Source: a bacterium | GTDB taxonomy: Bacteria > UBA8248 | Reading direction: 5' to 3' | Assembly: GCA_965203325.1 (NCBI GenBank) | Contig: OZ241875.1 | Location: forward strand, 3,328,001-3,392,000 | Length of the DNA: 64,000 nucleotides | Part shown: in pieces, positions 18,144 to 28,433 of the stretch | How the letters are laid out: each line of letters opens with the position of its first letter | Numbering within the stretch: position 1 is the first letter of the stretch | Made by a program: the position numbers and the translations under genes | Notes under the pieces: generated by a model | What the model was told of the DNA's origin: nothing | Database searches by the model: none | Seen by the model: only the letters and a program-made list of their open reading frames with translations

Positions 18144-20371
18144 TTTCCTGAACTCCAAGACATTTGAAATGCAGCAGTCCACTCTGGCGACGGCTTGATG
18201 AACGCTACCCGGGCATGTCTCTGATTCGCTATCATTCGTACTATTGTCAGACCAAGCCCCATGCCTCCAAGTCCAAGCTCCCGTCGCTCCTCCGAAATCG
18301 CGGTATATCGCGTGAACGGCTCGAAGAGTTCCTCCGAATTCTCATAATCTACACCTGAGCCATTGTCCTCGACCCGAACCCAAGCGGTTCGCCCTGTCCT
18401 TCCACCAACACACCTTATCCGCCGTTCACTTAAATCGAGTGTCGCATTGGCTGCGTTAATAAATACGTTTTGAAACAAGGAATTCCATTCGGCAAATGTA
18501 GCTGCAGGTAGATATATGTCTGAAGGTATCGTTATTTCAAATCCTATTCCTGGGATCAGCGGTTGAACGTTTTCGAAAACTTGTTTCACCACTTCTGCCG
18601 CTGACAGCGCTTCTACTTCATCTCGATCATCCGATTCCAGAAGCGGACCGAACAATCTGCGAGTCTTTTCCACCCTGTCTACCCATTTGCCGACTTGATC
18701 AACGATGTCACCGATACGCGGCTCCTTCAAGTCTCGTCCTATCCTGCGCAATCTTCGTAGCAATTGGCGGGCCCGCTGCATTTCCTTGCGGCTCTCGTGT
18801 TCCAAGGCGAGCGCTGCCATTCCAGCAGTAGCCAGAGGACCGAGCAACGTTCGAGCCCCTTCTTCCGCTGTACGCTCTTTGTCCAGTATCTCGGAAAGGC
18901 CGTTGAATTCATCTTCCAACGCCTCGATCGTATCGTCGTCGGGATAAGTTCTGCGGGCTTCAAGAAGCAGCGAATGAACCCTTCCAAGCTTCTCGGTCGA
19001 CGGCTCCTTGGGACGTAACACGTCGGCCTTCTGTTGCTCCCTGAGACGTTGCCTCGTTGCGTAATAGTCCAACGACCAACGCACCGCATCTCGAAGGGAC
19101 TGATACGTTTGGTTCGCTACAAGACGATCTCTCGTCACTTGTATTTTGAGAAACTCGCCACTCTCTTTCTGGGACTCGCTCGCGGTTTGCGCTTCATTTC
19201 CGGTATCAATCGACACAACGCCAAATAGGCGTCCTTGTGTCGGCAAATCGTTCAACGCCCGTCGTACTTGAAGTCGTTCGGGAAGTAGATTGGATCTGTT
19301 TCTCCGATGCGAGTGGTCGAACTCGATTCCGAGCCAATCCTGCTCGACGCCATAATAGGGAAGCCGAAATCCCGCATCATATACTTGTACACCACCAAAC
19401 CGCTCGAAATATTCGCGCGCGGTCTTAACTTCTATACCACCCGCTTGTCTACCGGAAAGCTTGAAGACCCTGATCTGCCATTTCGCAGACCCGATCAATG
19501 GATCGGTGTCGAAAGCTTCAGAATATTGCTCTCCAGACCGAAACATGACTTTGACGTGTGCCTTTGTATTGTCACCGTCTCTGGCCAACTCTCCTGAAAT
19601 AACGGCTATATAGTTCTGCAGCGCAGCTTGCATTTGCCGGTCAAAAGAATCTTCGATGCCGGGCAGAGTCGAGTCCAATTCTATGCGAAAGTCATCTGGA
19701 GCCGCCTCTTGGTTGGTCAATACGCCGTAGCTAGGAATTGGTGACTGAATCATCCACAACTGACGACCCAAATCGCGAATACGTTCCGCATCCCAGTCTT
19801 GCTTGAGATTCATCATTTTTACGAGAGTGCCGTGTGGCTTTTCCCTTGGAAAGGACATATCGCGTCGCTCAGTCTTGTACAACGCTTTAGCCTCTGTGAG
19901 ATTACCCGCTTCTATTGCATCGTCCCAATCTACAACCGCTCGTAACTGTCGAGTAGGCTTCTCTTTGGGAGCCGTTACGAGTTCAAGCTCATGAGCGAGA
20001 AACTGAACCGAGAGTCGACCTACTCCTTTTGAGCCGGTGACATTTCGCCCAAAGAGTCGGCTATTTGTGCGGTTTTGTTTGTTTCTCGTTCCAATGGTCA
20101 TCCAATGTTCCAAAAACTCATCTTCGGTCATGCCATGACCGTTGTCGGTTACCGTGATTTCATTTTCGTCAATCGAAATTGTGCAAAGTGTGGCATCTGC
20201 GTCGTACGCGTTCTTTATCAGTTCCGCGAGAGCAATATGCGGTTGGCCGACAAGTAGTTCTCCGAGTTCTCGCAGCAAAGCCGAGTCAGCTTGAAACATT
20301 ACGGGCTTATAACCGTGGAGTGAACCCGCAAGCGTTTCTGTTTCAGATGTGCCAATATCGTTCATCACCAA
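18140..20371 (-). CDS. MORC/MutL-type GHKL ATPase fused to a histidine kinase module
   Basis: N-terminal ELIKNAYDADA, DNGHGM, GSKGVGR, HGT; C-terminal LEHE (H box), NVFINA, EDNGSG, LFEPF, GMGLGL. Confidence 0.9.
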   Translation of the reverse strand: MVMNDIGTSETETLAGSLHGYKPVMFQADSALLRELGELLVGQPHIALAELIKNAYDADATLCTISIDENEITVTDNGHGMTEDEFLEHWMTIGTRNKQNRTNSRLFGRNVTGSKGVGRLSVQFLAHELELVTAPKEKPTRQLRAVVDWDDAIEAGNLTEAKALYKTERRDMSFPREKPHGTLVKMMNLKQDWDAERIRDLGRQLWMIQSPIPSYGVLTNQEAAPDDFRIELDSTLPGIEDSFDRQMQAALQNYIAVISGELARDGDNTKAHVKVMFRSGEQYSEAFDTDPLIGSAKWQIRVFKLSGRQAGGIEVKTAREYFERFGGVQVYDAGFRLPYYGVEQDWLGIEFDHSHRRNRSNLLPERLQVRRALNDLPTQGRLFGVVSIDTGNEAQTASESQKESGEFLKIQVTRDRLVANQTYQSLRDAVRWSLDYYATRQRLREQQKADVLRPKEPSTEKLGRVHSLLLEARRTYPDDDTIEALEDEFNGLSEILDKERTAEEGARTLLGPLATAGMAALALEHESRKEMQRARQLLRRLRRIGRDLKEPRIGDIVDQVGKWVDRVEKTRRLFGPLLESDDRDEVEALSAAEVVKQVFENVQPLIPGIGFEITIPSDIYLPAATFAEWNSLFQNVFINAANATLDLSERRIRCVGGRTGRTAWVRVEDNGSGVDYENSEELFEPFTRYTAISEERRELGLGGMGLGLTIVRMIANQRHARVAFIKPSPEWTAAFQMSWSSGK

Positions 20372-20439
20372 CTCACGCTCTCAACTTAAAGTTATTCTCT
20401 TGTGCCCACGAAATTCGAAACATGTGACCTTCCAAGTTG

Positions 20440-20755
20440 ATTTTAGCATAATGGCCTATTGCGGGATGTGGGGGCAACCGAAGGTTAAGTCCATCTTGGC
20501 GATAAATGCGGTGGCGAGTATAAGCATGAAAGAGTCGAGCATTCAGCCAAAGAGTTTGTAAACGGCATGGCGCATACAAACGGGATTGAAAGTGTATGGG
20601 CTGGTTTTGAAAGCATTGTCATCGTTATGTTGATGAGTTCACTTTCAGGTTGAATGACACTAACTGCGAAATTGATACAATGAATCGTACTAAATCGTTG
20701 TGCAAAGGAATGGATTGACGAAGAATTACTTGTGCTTGTTTGACAGCCGATTGAA
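20440..20755 (+). pseudogene. IS1595-family transposase remnant
   Basis: KHERVEHSAKEFVNGMAHTNGIESVWA, then after a frameshift/deletion HRYVDEFTFRLN. Confidence 0.8.
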
Positions 20756-20837
20756 GAGAGGTTGTTTTAAGGAATTGATGTATTGTCGCTCCTTCACATA
20801 TTTTTCTTCTACCTAGCCGAAATCGGAGAAAATCGAA

Positions 20838-21029
20838 ATGAACCTAGTACCAATAGACGATGATATTGGCAATGTTTTTTGGATAAATCCAAATAAAGTG
20901 TGTTCTGTGATCAAAGGTGAAGCCCAATCCATGGACACAGAAACGACTTTAATTTTTTTGGAAGGGGGTCATGTTGTATCTTTGGAATTGCCTCCTGGGC
21001 AAACTGCCCATGCGCTCATGAATTCCTAA
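20838..21029 (+). CDS. Small hypothetical protein (possible IS1595 passenger)
   Basis: GGAG RBS; 63-aa protein-like sequence. Confidence 0.45.
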   Translation: MNLVPIDDDIGNVFWINPNKVCSVIKGEAQSMDTETTLIFLEGGHVVSLELPPGQTAHALMNS

Positions 21030-21585
21030 TTATATAGGTCAAGGAGAATAATGAATGAAGCAAATCAAACAAACCCCTTTTACTCTCTTGATACTTGAAC
21101 TAAACAGTCTAATTGATTCAGGGGAATATAATGATATTTCAATAGAAGAAGTTTAAGGCTGGGTTGATCAGAAAAAAATCATCCCATCGCTTTATGAAAG
21201 AACAAAAGGTGGGATTGATCTAAGTATTTCTGGGGAAGATGGGCCTTATCCTTATTTCTTCGATCTATATCATAACCAGATGTATGCCCTTTCAGGAGGA
21301 TATGCGGGTAATCACCGTCGAAAATGGGGGGTAGAAAATCTTGGTCTTTGTCTTTTATTGGCATGGACTAATGAATTGATACAGCAAGGAAGTGGGTGGC
21401 GTCCTAATGAAGATTATGCGACGTAGAAGATAAAATAGAGAATGATGAAGTAGAGAAAAGTAAGATTGAAGAGGCTGCAAAGCACATATTGCTATATGTG
21501 CCTGACAGGAAAGGAAATCTGGAAAAACGTATGCCGACTCGTGAAGAGTTAGAGAAGAAATAGAAGTTGGAGAAGAAGTAATTTT

Positions 21586-22053
21586 ATGGATATAGATAGC
21601 TTAGACATTCCAGATGAGCCAGAAAGATTCAAAGAATTATGTGAAAAGATTGGCCTCGCTTTGATAATGACTCAGGAAGCGCATGTTTCACTATGCCTTT
21701 ACGATGTCTCTTATCGTGTACACAAGGGGCAATTAGAAAAAGAACAATTTAGTGAAAAACTGAATTCCAAATTGGATAATAAGAAATTAACTATGGGGGT
21801 AATAGCAGGGAATATCAAAAAATACGCACCTTTGAGCGGTGATCTTTCAAGGCGTGTGGAATTATTAGTCGATGACAGAAATTGGCTTGCACATAGATTA
21901 AATCAAGAATTAACTCCACTTGTTCTTGCTCGTAGTAGAGGTGAGGAATTCGATATTAGTCCTCTTATTTGCAAATTGGATAATATTGCCAATCAAGCCT
22001 GTGAAATTGTGTTTGAGTTGAATGTTATAGGTAATGAACTGATGCCAAATTAA
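21586..22053 (+). CDS. Helical protein with HEPN-like RxxxxH motif
   Basis: LTMGVIAG...DDRNWLAH. Confidence 0.6.
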   Translation: MDIDSLDIPDEPERFKELCEKIGLALIMTQEAHVSLCLYDVSYRVHKGQLEKEQFSEKLNSKLDNKKLTMGVIAGNIKKYAPLSGDLSRRVELLVDDRNWLAHRLNQELTPLVLARSRGEEFDISPLICKLDNIANQACEIVFELNVIGNELMPN

Positions 22054-22274
22054 GGTCTGCGGATTTAAATATATAATTCCTACAGTGATTCGCCGGGCGG
22101 TGGAGGAGGTCCATAATCATGATAGGTATTTGCCAAATATCTCGTTGCCCGACCTGCTGCCGGTATAATGAATGCCGTCCCGGCTTTTTTGTCGGCACGA
22201 TGTTAAAGCCGTTGCACCGGTGAGACATCCAACAAAGATATACTTTGAGCGTTTTTACCGCCTATGTCGCCGTT

Positions 22275-22405
22275 TTCGTCAACTCAGCCGCAAAAAAACC
22301 ATGGACGTACGATCCCCGAAGTGGTGAAAGGGTTGCTCAATGCCAGCACGGATGTGAACGCAAAAGACGAGCCGGGAGGGACCTCGCTTATTTCGGCGTT
22401 GCAGG
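22275..22405 (+). pseudogene. Ankyrin-repeat fragment
   Basis: PEVVKGLLNASTDVNAKDEPGGTSLISA matches an ankyrin repeat. Confidence 0.55.
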
Positions 22406-22486
22406 ATGGTTGTCACCGGGCGGGGGTTTGTAAGTCGGAACGCTTCCCAGTTCCCCAGGAGGTCAGGCTAAATTCAGAATGGAAAG

Positions 22487-23227
22487 TCAAGGTTGTGTAA
22501 ATTGATCATTCAACAAGTTTTTGTCAATAATTGCAGTATCGAAAATTTCAATCAAATTCCGAGACTTTTCCCAGAAATCGATCACAAATTGATAATTTAC
22601 AATAACCTTATCATCAATTGTATAAGTAAACGTAGGATTAGAACTCTGAAAATCCGCGTTTACGCGACCATCTGAGTGGACAAGGAAATGACGGATCTCA
22701 AGATACGGTTTCAGATCGTCTACTACACAATCGGGCACCCCCAAGCCAAGTTTTGTACTAATCTTTTGTAATAGCTTCAGGCTGCTGCGTTCGTTTTCCA
22801 ACGCTTGAAATACAGCTTCAGCCACGTACTTACAGACCTCTTCCCAACTACCCAGCCTCAACAGCGTTTGAGCATCTGTACTGAATGAATGCTCTCCGAT
22901 CATGCGCCCACCATCGAACCCGCTCTGAGCAGCTTGCTCCAGAATCGTCTTCATGTAGTGCATGACTTCCTCATAAACATTTTTCACAAACGATCCGTAA
23001 ACTGTAGATCGGAGATGGTTGATCACTAATTCTCTACTTTTATCGCTGTTTGCCCGCCGTTCGAGATGAGAATGTCGATTAGGGTTAACTTTAGCAAGCA
23101 CATACTGTGATTTTTGATCTGTTAAATCATTTTTCAAAACCGATATCCGAAGAACGTCCAGCAACTCGATATCGTCCAAGAAGTAATTTACCTTGGTTTC
23201 AAAGCTTTGTCGGGCTTTTGAGGGCAT
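22487..23227 (-). CDS. HEPN-domain protein (putative RNase)
   Basis: Helical; YEE near N-terminal third; EIRHFLVHSDG (RxxxxH). Confidence 0.7.
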   Translation of the reverse strand: MPSKARQSFETKVNYFLDDIELLDVLRISVLKNDLTDQKSQYVLAKVNPNRHSHLERRANSDKSRELVINHLRSTVYGSFVKNVYEEVMHYMKTILEQAAQSGFDGGRMIGEHSFSTDAQTLLRLGSWEEVCKYVAEAVFQALENERSSLKLLQKISTKLGLGVPDCVVDDLKPYLEIRHFLVHSDGRVNADFQSSNPTFTYTIDDKVIVNYQFVIDFWEKSRNLIEIFDTAIIDKNLLNDQFTQP

Positions 23228-24139
23228 CGTGTCATTCCATATTCAATGATTACTTTTCAAAATAAATCTGCTGCTGAGCTTATCTATGGAACTATGCCAG
23301 ATAAAGACTCAGCCTAACATTGTCTCTGGCCCGAAGAGCATAGTCGTTGTAGTCGACACGCCACAGGCGCGAGTCTAACACCGCTATAGGGTACGCCCAT
23401 TGGCGGCTGTACCAACATTGAGGCACATAGTTGCATGGCCCCAAGCAAGCTGTTGCGGGCCGACCTTTGGAGAGTGCTCCGACAGGCACGCCCTAGGATA
23501 CGCAGAGGTTTGATTCTCCTCGTTTGCGTTTTGATAACTTGTTGCGGAAGGTGGTTTCTGGACGAAACCCGGAGATGAATGCTTCTCAATGATATCAACG
23601 AGATAACTGAATTTTACGCCTGATGGAATTTCCCCGCTGCCTGAAAACACGCGAATTACAGGAATCAGCAGAAGTATTTCCCAAGTCGCGCAGCAATGCC
23701 CTTGCCTACCCGGCCCTCTGCGTAGGGCTATATGGAACAAGTGAGTTTTGGTGCAGGCTGTATATCTATGGGCTCGCAATGATTCCCTTCCCAGGATACG
23801 GACCATTGCAGCTTTGAGTATTGCCGGAGGTACTTAATATAGGAGCACTTGACCAGAGCAGGGCATCCCAGAAACCAAACCGCGCTGCGGAACATTGAGG
23901 TTACGTGCTCGGCGTTGATGAGGTTTACGGTTTTCCCGTAAGCGAATGTACCACGATATGTTGATGCATTTCGCTGATTGGATGCAATTACCGAACACTA
24001 TTGGATGACAGTCCATATCGCAAGAAATCTTCACCATTATATACGGTGTGGATTAGCTTTCTTTCCTGTTTGCAGAATGGAAAGAGAGGAATGATTTGGG
24101 TTCAGGTCGGTGAAGCTCACCCCGCCCGCTTTTACTTGT

Positions 24140-25852
24140 TTACCGCTTTCCGCCGAAACCCGCTGAAAGGTCAGCGCGCTCGAGCACGCCGCCCATTCCC
24201 TCGTGCGCAGTGCCAAAGAACGCGCCGGTGACCTCGCCTTCATCACCCCCGGTCTGCACGAAGGTGTTCTCTCGAACTTCAATCGTGTACCCCAGATCGC
24301 CGTCGCCCCACATCGTGCCGCTACCAACTGCTCCGGGCGCTTCCTTCACCCCCCATTTCTCGATGTTGTTGAAGTCGAGTTGGCCGTCGAGGCTCGCCAG
24401 TTGGACAACGAGACGAACGCCCCCGGCGACCGTTTCCGCCGACGGAGTAATGCCCAGGAGCGCGCCGTTCCAGGTGACGGTTCCCGACAATGCTGAATTA
24501 TCCGCCAGATTCATCTCCGGTTTAGGACCTGAGGCCCAGGGCTGCGCCAGACTGTTTCTTGCAGCAACGCCGAACGAAACTCCCCCTCCCTCAAAATCCA
24601 TTTTCCCAAGAAGATGAAACGACGTGTCGTCCCAAGCCCCTAGGTTTTCCGCCGTTAATTCCTCGGGCTGAGTGCCCGGCTCGAACCTGCTGTAGGCCGC
24701 AAGCAGAGCCTCGCTGTCTATTTTTGGAAGATGTTTGGTTACCAGCAGAAAGTTATCTCGCATTACCGATTCCGGGAAGCGAGTAGAATCAAGATGTCCC
24801 AGAAAACCTAAGGCGTGTATGAGTTCATGGAGGACAATCGAGAATACATCCTCTGCGGGGTATATTTTCCGTACCGTGTCTGACTCTACCACGGGATTTT
24901 CCAGCATTTTCTCTTCAAAATTACCTGTAGCGGGATTAAGCACCCAAGCCGCGTTCCTGATTCGTTTGGTGTCGAACCACAGATGCGACGCTCGTTTTCT
25001 TTTGAATTCAAATCGCTGTCTCTCCGAATTGTACTCAGAAATAGTTCCTCCACCATCGCTAATCCCCGCAGAACCAGGACGATAGTTCGAGTTTGCGAGA
25101 TTCCAGTCTTCTGCCGATGGGGCGAAGTCGACAAAAATCTGTCCGTCAGGAATATCTTCCATAGCAGCCAGAGGAGGGGCAGGATCCCTGCTGAACAGGA
25201 TGCGTTTCTCATACGGCAAGGCTGCGTTGATGTGTTGAACGGCGCGGACCACATATTCGGTGAACTCCTCACTCGTTCCCTCGGCAAGGCGGATAGTCGG
25301 CCGATCCGCAAACGTGGGAAGGCCCAGTGTATGAGACCCAAACGTGAATCCCTCGCCTGCTTGCGATAGTCCACCACCCACCATTTTCTCCAGATATTCG
25401 AGGACTCTGTCTGCACCGACACCGTCCTGCACTTCGCCGGATGAAACGGAGACTCCGTTGTAGTCAACCCTTGGCGTTAGCTGATCGGCTGGCGGCGAGA
25501 CATTGGAACCTAAGTACAGAGTATCCCCAAGCTCGACGATGGGCGCTTGCACTTCAAGAAGATCGCTTTCCTCATCGCCTGGTGCGAGAGTCGTCGGCGA
25601 GGCCGAAAGCGTGACCACCATGGGCTGCGCGGACGCGGGGGCGGTGAGAAAGAGCGAGAGCACCCCCAGCAGCAGCGCAAGCGCCGGGAGGAGAAGGGAG
25701 AAGCGGGCGCGGCGGCGCACGGAACGCGGGTCAGGTCTGCGCGGGGAGCCTGCCGAAGTCGCCGGCAGGCGCTGAGCGCTCATGCCGGCCTCTTCTTCGG
25801 ATGACGGGCTGTAGCCGATGCCGCCACCGGTTGCAAGCCGCGCGGTTCTCAT
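24140..25852 (-). CDS. Exported zinc metallopeptidase with C-terminal TbpB-like beta-barrel
   Basis: Signal LLLPALALLLG..APASA; HELIHALGFLGH plus SVM Met-turn; C-terminal GAFFGTAHEGMGG..AGFGGKR; GGAGGGG RBS. Confidence 0.8.
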   Translation of the reverse strand: MRTARLATGGGIGYSPSSEEEAGMSAQRLPATSAGSPRRPDPRSVRRRARFSLLLPALALLLGVLSLFLTAPASAQPMVVTLSASPTTLAPGDEESDLLEVQAPIVELGDTLYLGSNVSPPADQLTPRVDYNGVSVSSGEVQDGVGADRVLEYLEKMVGGGLSQAGEGFTFGSHTLGLPTFADRPTIRLAEGTSEEFTEYVVRAVQHINAALPYEKRILFSRDPAPPLAAMEDIPDGQIFVDFAPSAEDWNLANSNYRPGSAGISDGGGTISEYNSERQRFEFKRKRASHLWFDTKRIRNAAWVLNPATGNFEEKMLENPVVESDTVRKIYPAEDVFSIVLHELIHALGFLGHLDSTRFPESVMRDNFLLVTKHLPKIDSEALLAAYSRFEPGTQPEELTAENLGAWDDTSFHLLGKMDFEGGGVSFGVAARNSLAQPWASGPKPEMNLADNSALSGTVTWNGALLGITPSAETVAGGVRLVVQLASLDGQLDFNNIEKWGVKEAPGAVGSGTMWGDGDLGYTIEVRENTFVQTGGDEGEVTGAFFGTAHEGMGGVLERADLSAGFGGKR

Positions 25853-25859
25853 ACCCCTC

Positions 25860-26105
25860 CGTAATTCAGGTTTGCCTGTGAAGGATGTTTTCATTTCCTG
25901 CCCCCCTGGCCCTCGCCAGGACAAGGGCCCCTTGTCTTGCTCCTTGCGCAAAGTAACCAGATTCAAGCTCTTTTATTATACAAAAACTGTCTATCCTATT
26001 CGTATTTAATATCTTTGCTTTCATGCCATTATTGTGTATTCATGCATTTTATCGTATTTTCCGGTCCCGGGAAGGGGGAGAGATGAACGAAAGCGACGAG
26101 GCGGG
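25860..26105. repeat. AT-rich divergent regulatory block, homologous to ~36570-36815
   Basis: TACAAAA..GTCT..CGTATTT..TCTTTG.TTTCATGC..CCGGTC.CGGGA..ATGAA.GAAAGC..CGAGGCGGG occurs in both. Confidence 0.75.
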
Positions 26106-26141
26106 GCGCGCTTGCAGGACGCGGCGCAGGAGGTTCACGTC

Positions 26142-27269
26142 ATGACCGATACGCACACCGGTTGCGGGCGGACTGAGGCCCGCGGCGCCCTGAGCCGGCG
26201 CACGTTCCTGGGCCGCGCCGCGAGCCTCGGCGCAGCCGCGGCGGGGCTGTTCGGCGCCGACCCGGCGGATGCCATCGCCGACGAGGGGAATCCGTTCCTG
26301 ATCGGGCTCGAGGAACACTTCACGACACGCGAGCTTCAGCGGCTGCACGGGGCCGGGGACGCGCGCCTGTTCTCGGGCGGCGGCCGCAGGCCCGAACTCC
26401 TCGACGTGGGCGCCGGCCGCATCTCGGACATGGACGAGGCGGGTATCGGCATCCAGGTGCTCTCGGCGGTGACGCCCGGCGCCCAGAACCTGCCCGGAGC
26501 CGAAGGCGTGGCCTACGCCCGCAAGCTCAACGCCTGGGTCGCCGGCGAAGTCGTCGCGGCCCGGCCGGAGCGGTTCCGTGCCTTCGCCACGCTGCCCCTG
26601 AGCCGGCCCGAGGCGGCGGCCGACGAACTCGAGCGCTCGGTCCGCGAGCACGGTTTCGTAGGCTGCATGAGCTATGGCGCCATCGCCGGAAAGTTCCTCG
26701 ACCACGCCGACTTCGCGCCCGTGCTCGCCCGCGCCGAGGCGCTCGGCGTGCCGATCTACATCCACCCGAACTGGCCTTCGGCCCGGGCCATGGCGGTCTA
26801 CTACGACGGGATGGGCGACGCCCTGGCGAGCCGGATTCTCGGCGGCCCGGGCTATGGCTGGCACCAGGAGGTCGCGCTGCAGTGCCTGCGCATGATCGTG
26901 GGCGGAGTCTTCGACAGGTTTCCACGGCTGCAGGTCGTCGTCGGTCACATGGGCGAAGGGCTTCCCTTCTACTACTGGCGGTTCGGGGAAGACCTGGCCC
27001 GCATCGCGAAGGAGAGATTGCACAAACCGTTGCAGCAATACTTCCACGACAATCTCTGGATCACGACCAGCGCGTTCTTCCGCGACGAGCTGCTGGCCCT
27101 GGCGCTGGCGGCCATGGGCGAGGATCGGATCATGTTCTCGGTCGACTATCCCATGGCGAGCGCCAGGGCGGGCGCCGACTGGTTCCGGGCGGTCGACCTG
27201 CCCCGGACCACGAAGGAGAAGATCGCGCACGCCAACGCCCGGAGACTGCTCGGGATCCAGGCGTCGTGA
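26142..27269 (+). CDS. Tat-exported amidohydrolase_2 (ACMSD/decarboxylase-like)
   Basis: SRRTFLG twin-arginine signal; LEEH, YIHP, GHMGE, FSVDYP. Confidence 0.9.
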   Translation: MTDTHTGCGRTEARGALSRRTFLGRAASLGAAAAGLFGADPADAIADEGNPFLIGLEEHFTTRELQRLHGAGDARLFSGGGRRPELLDVGAGRISDMDEAGIGIQVLSAVTPGAQNLPGAEGVAYARKLNAWVAGEVVAARPERFRAFATLPLSRPEAAADELERSVREHGFVGCMSYGAIAGKFLDHADFAPVLARAEALGVPIYIHPNWPSARAMAVYYDGMGDALASRILGGPGYGWHQEVALQCLRMIVGGVFDRFPRLQVVVGHMGEGLPFYYWRFGEDLARIAKERLHKPLQQYFHDNLWITTSAFFRDELLALALAAMGEDRIMFSVDYPMASARAGADWFRAVDLPRTTKEKIAHANARRLLGIQAS

Positions 27270-27404
27270 AAAGGATGCCACGGCCGGTCGAACGGCACCG
27301 CTCCTGCCCTCCATCCGCACCGGCCCGTTCTTGTCGGTCCCGTTGCGGACATCCGAAGCCCGGCCGGAGAATGCCCCGACAGACATCCGCCGGGATGCGC
27401 AGAT

Positions 27405-27553
27405 GCTGTAACGAATCCGCTTCCGACTTGATTACTTATTACAGAAACCGAGTCCCTAACAAAACTCCCAAAAAACAAATACCCACAATATTTTCAACAA
27501 ACTACAAAGACTTCACGTCCACTAGAAACCCCCCACCGCCTATAACCACGCGG
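27405..27553. repeat. ~150 bp diverged direct repeat, copy 1
   Basis: TGTAAC..CCGCTT.CG.CTTG.TTAC ... TTTCAACAAACTACAAAGA ... CCCCCACC..CACGCGG also at 37016-37162. Confidence 0.8.
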
Positions 27554-27849
27554 AAGGCAATATGCTACTTCTCAATTCCTCAGGCCGCCGGTTCCGTTTC
27601 GTGTTGTTCACAAGAACATCCGTGCTACAACCGCTTCGAACCTCGCAGGACGACATCACCTACTGGCTCTTCCCCAACAAATTCTGTGAAACTCGCCTTG
27701 AGGTTCACGTCAAAGTATAGGCCGAGTGTTCATCGCTCGCCCAGTCACGCAGTTCTCAGAGAGCGACACGTCTTGGCAGGACGGCTGAAGGCCGCCTAGG
27801 CGTACAGGCGTAAGCCACCTCGGCGTCGAGGCTCGTATCGGGGTGAAGC

Positions 27850-28050
27850 ATCGGCTGGAATCAAGCGTGCGCGGCTTCCAGTGGCGGGCGTGGCGTTCGA
27901 GGAACTCGTCCGCGAACTCCGCCATAAGGCGGCCGGGATATCTGGAACCCGTGCCCCTTCTCCTGCGGGTCGAGCAACGTCGGCAGGGTTCGGCGCGCTT
28001 CCTGGCGAGCCTTGGGTACGGCCATTCGGTCGGCGGAATTCTTCAGACTT
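27850..28050 (-). pseudogene. Tyrosine integrase N-terminal remnant
   Basis: SADRMAVPKARQEARR (arm-binding-like), frameshift, then MAEFADEFLERHARHWKPRTL. Confidence 0.6.
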
Positions 28051-28433
28051 CGCGCACCGCTGCTCGTTCGGTTATCTCAGCGCACAAGGCATCGCCGTAC
28101 ATGTTCCCGCAGCGCAGGGACAGGATGGGCAAGTGTCAGCCTACAAGGCGGTGGTTCTCCGCTCATTTGTTGCCGCAAGCGTAAGCGTGGGCGGCGCACC
28201 CGTTACTGCGGAGTAGTGGCTCGGGCACAATTGATCGATGCCGACGTATCCAGCGAGGGCGAGCGAGGCGAAGGTTGCGACGAGTTCAGCGCGAAGCACT
28301 GGTGTGAATGTTGGCCGATGCGCGGCTTGGGCGCGGTCACGTGAGGGAGCACCCAGTATTGATGGCGACCTTTCGGCAAGGTTCTACGGAGATATGGCGG
28401 ATGGGGCCACGTGACTGAAACCGCTTGTTCGGG

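Noticed and set aside
23305..23390. GTTAGRC motifs as an integron attC upstream of the HEPN gene
   Set aside because: No matching inverse core or attC-like hairpin seen; no integron integrase
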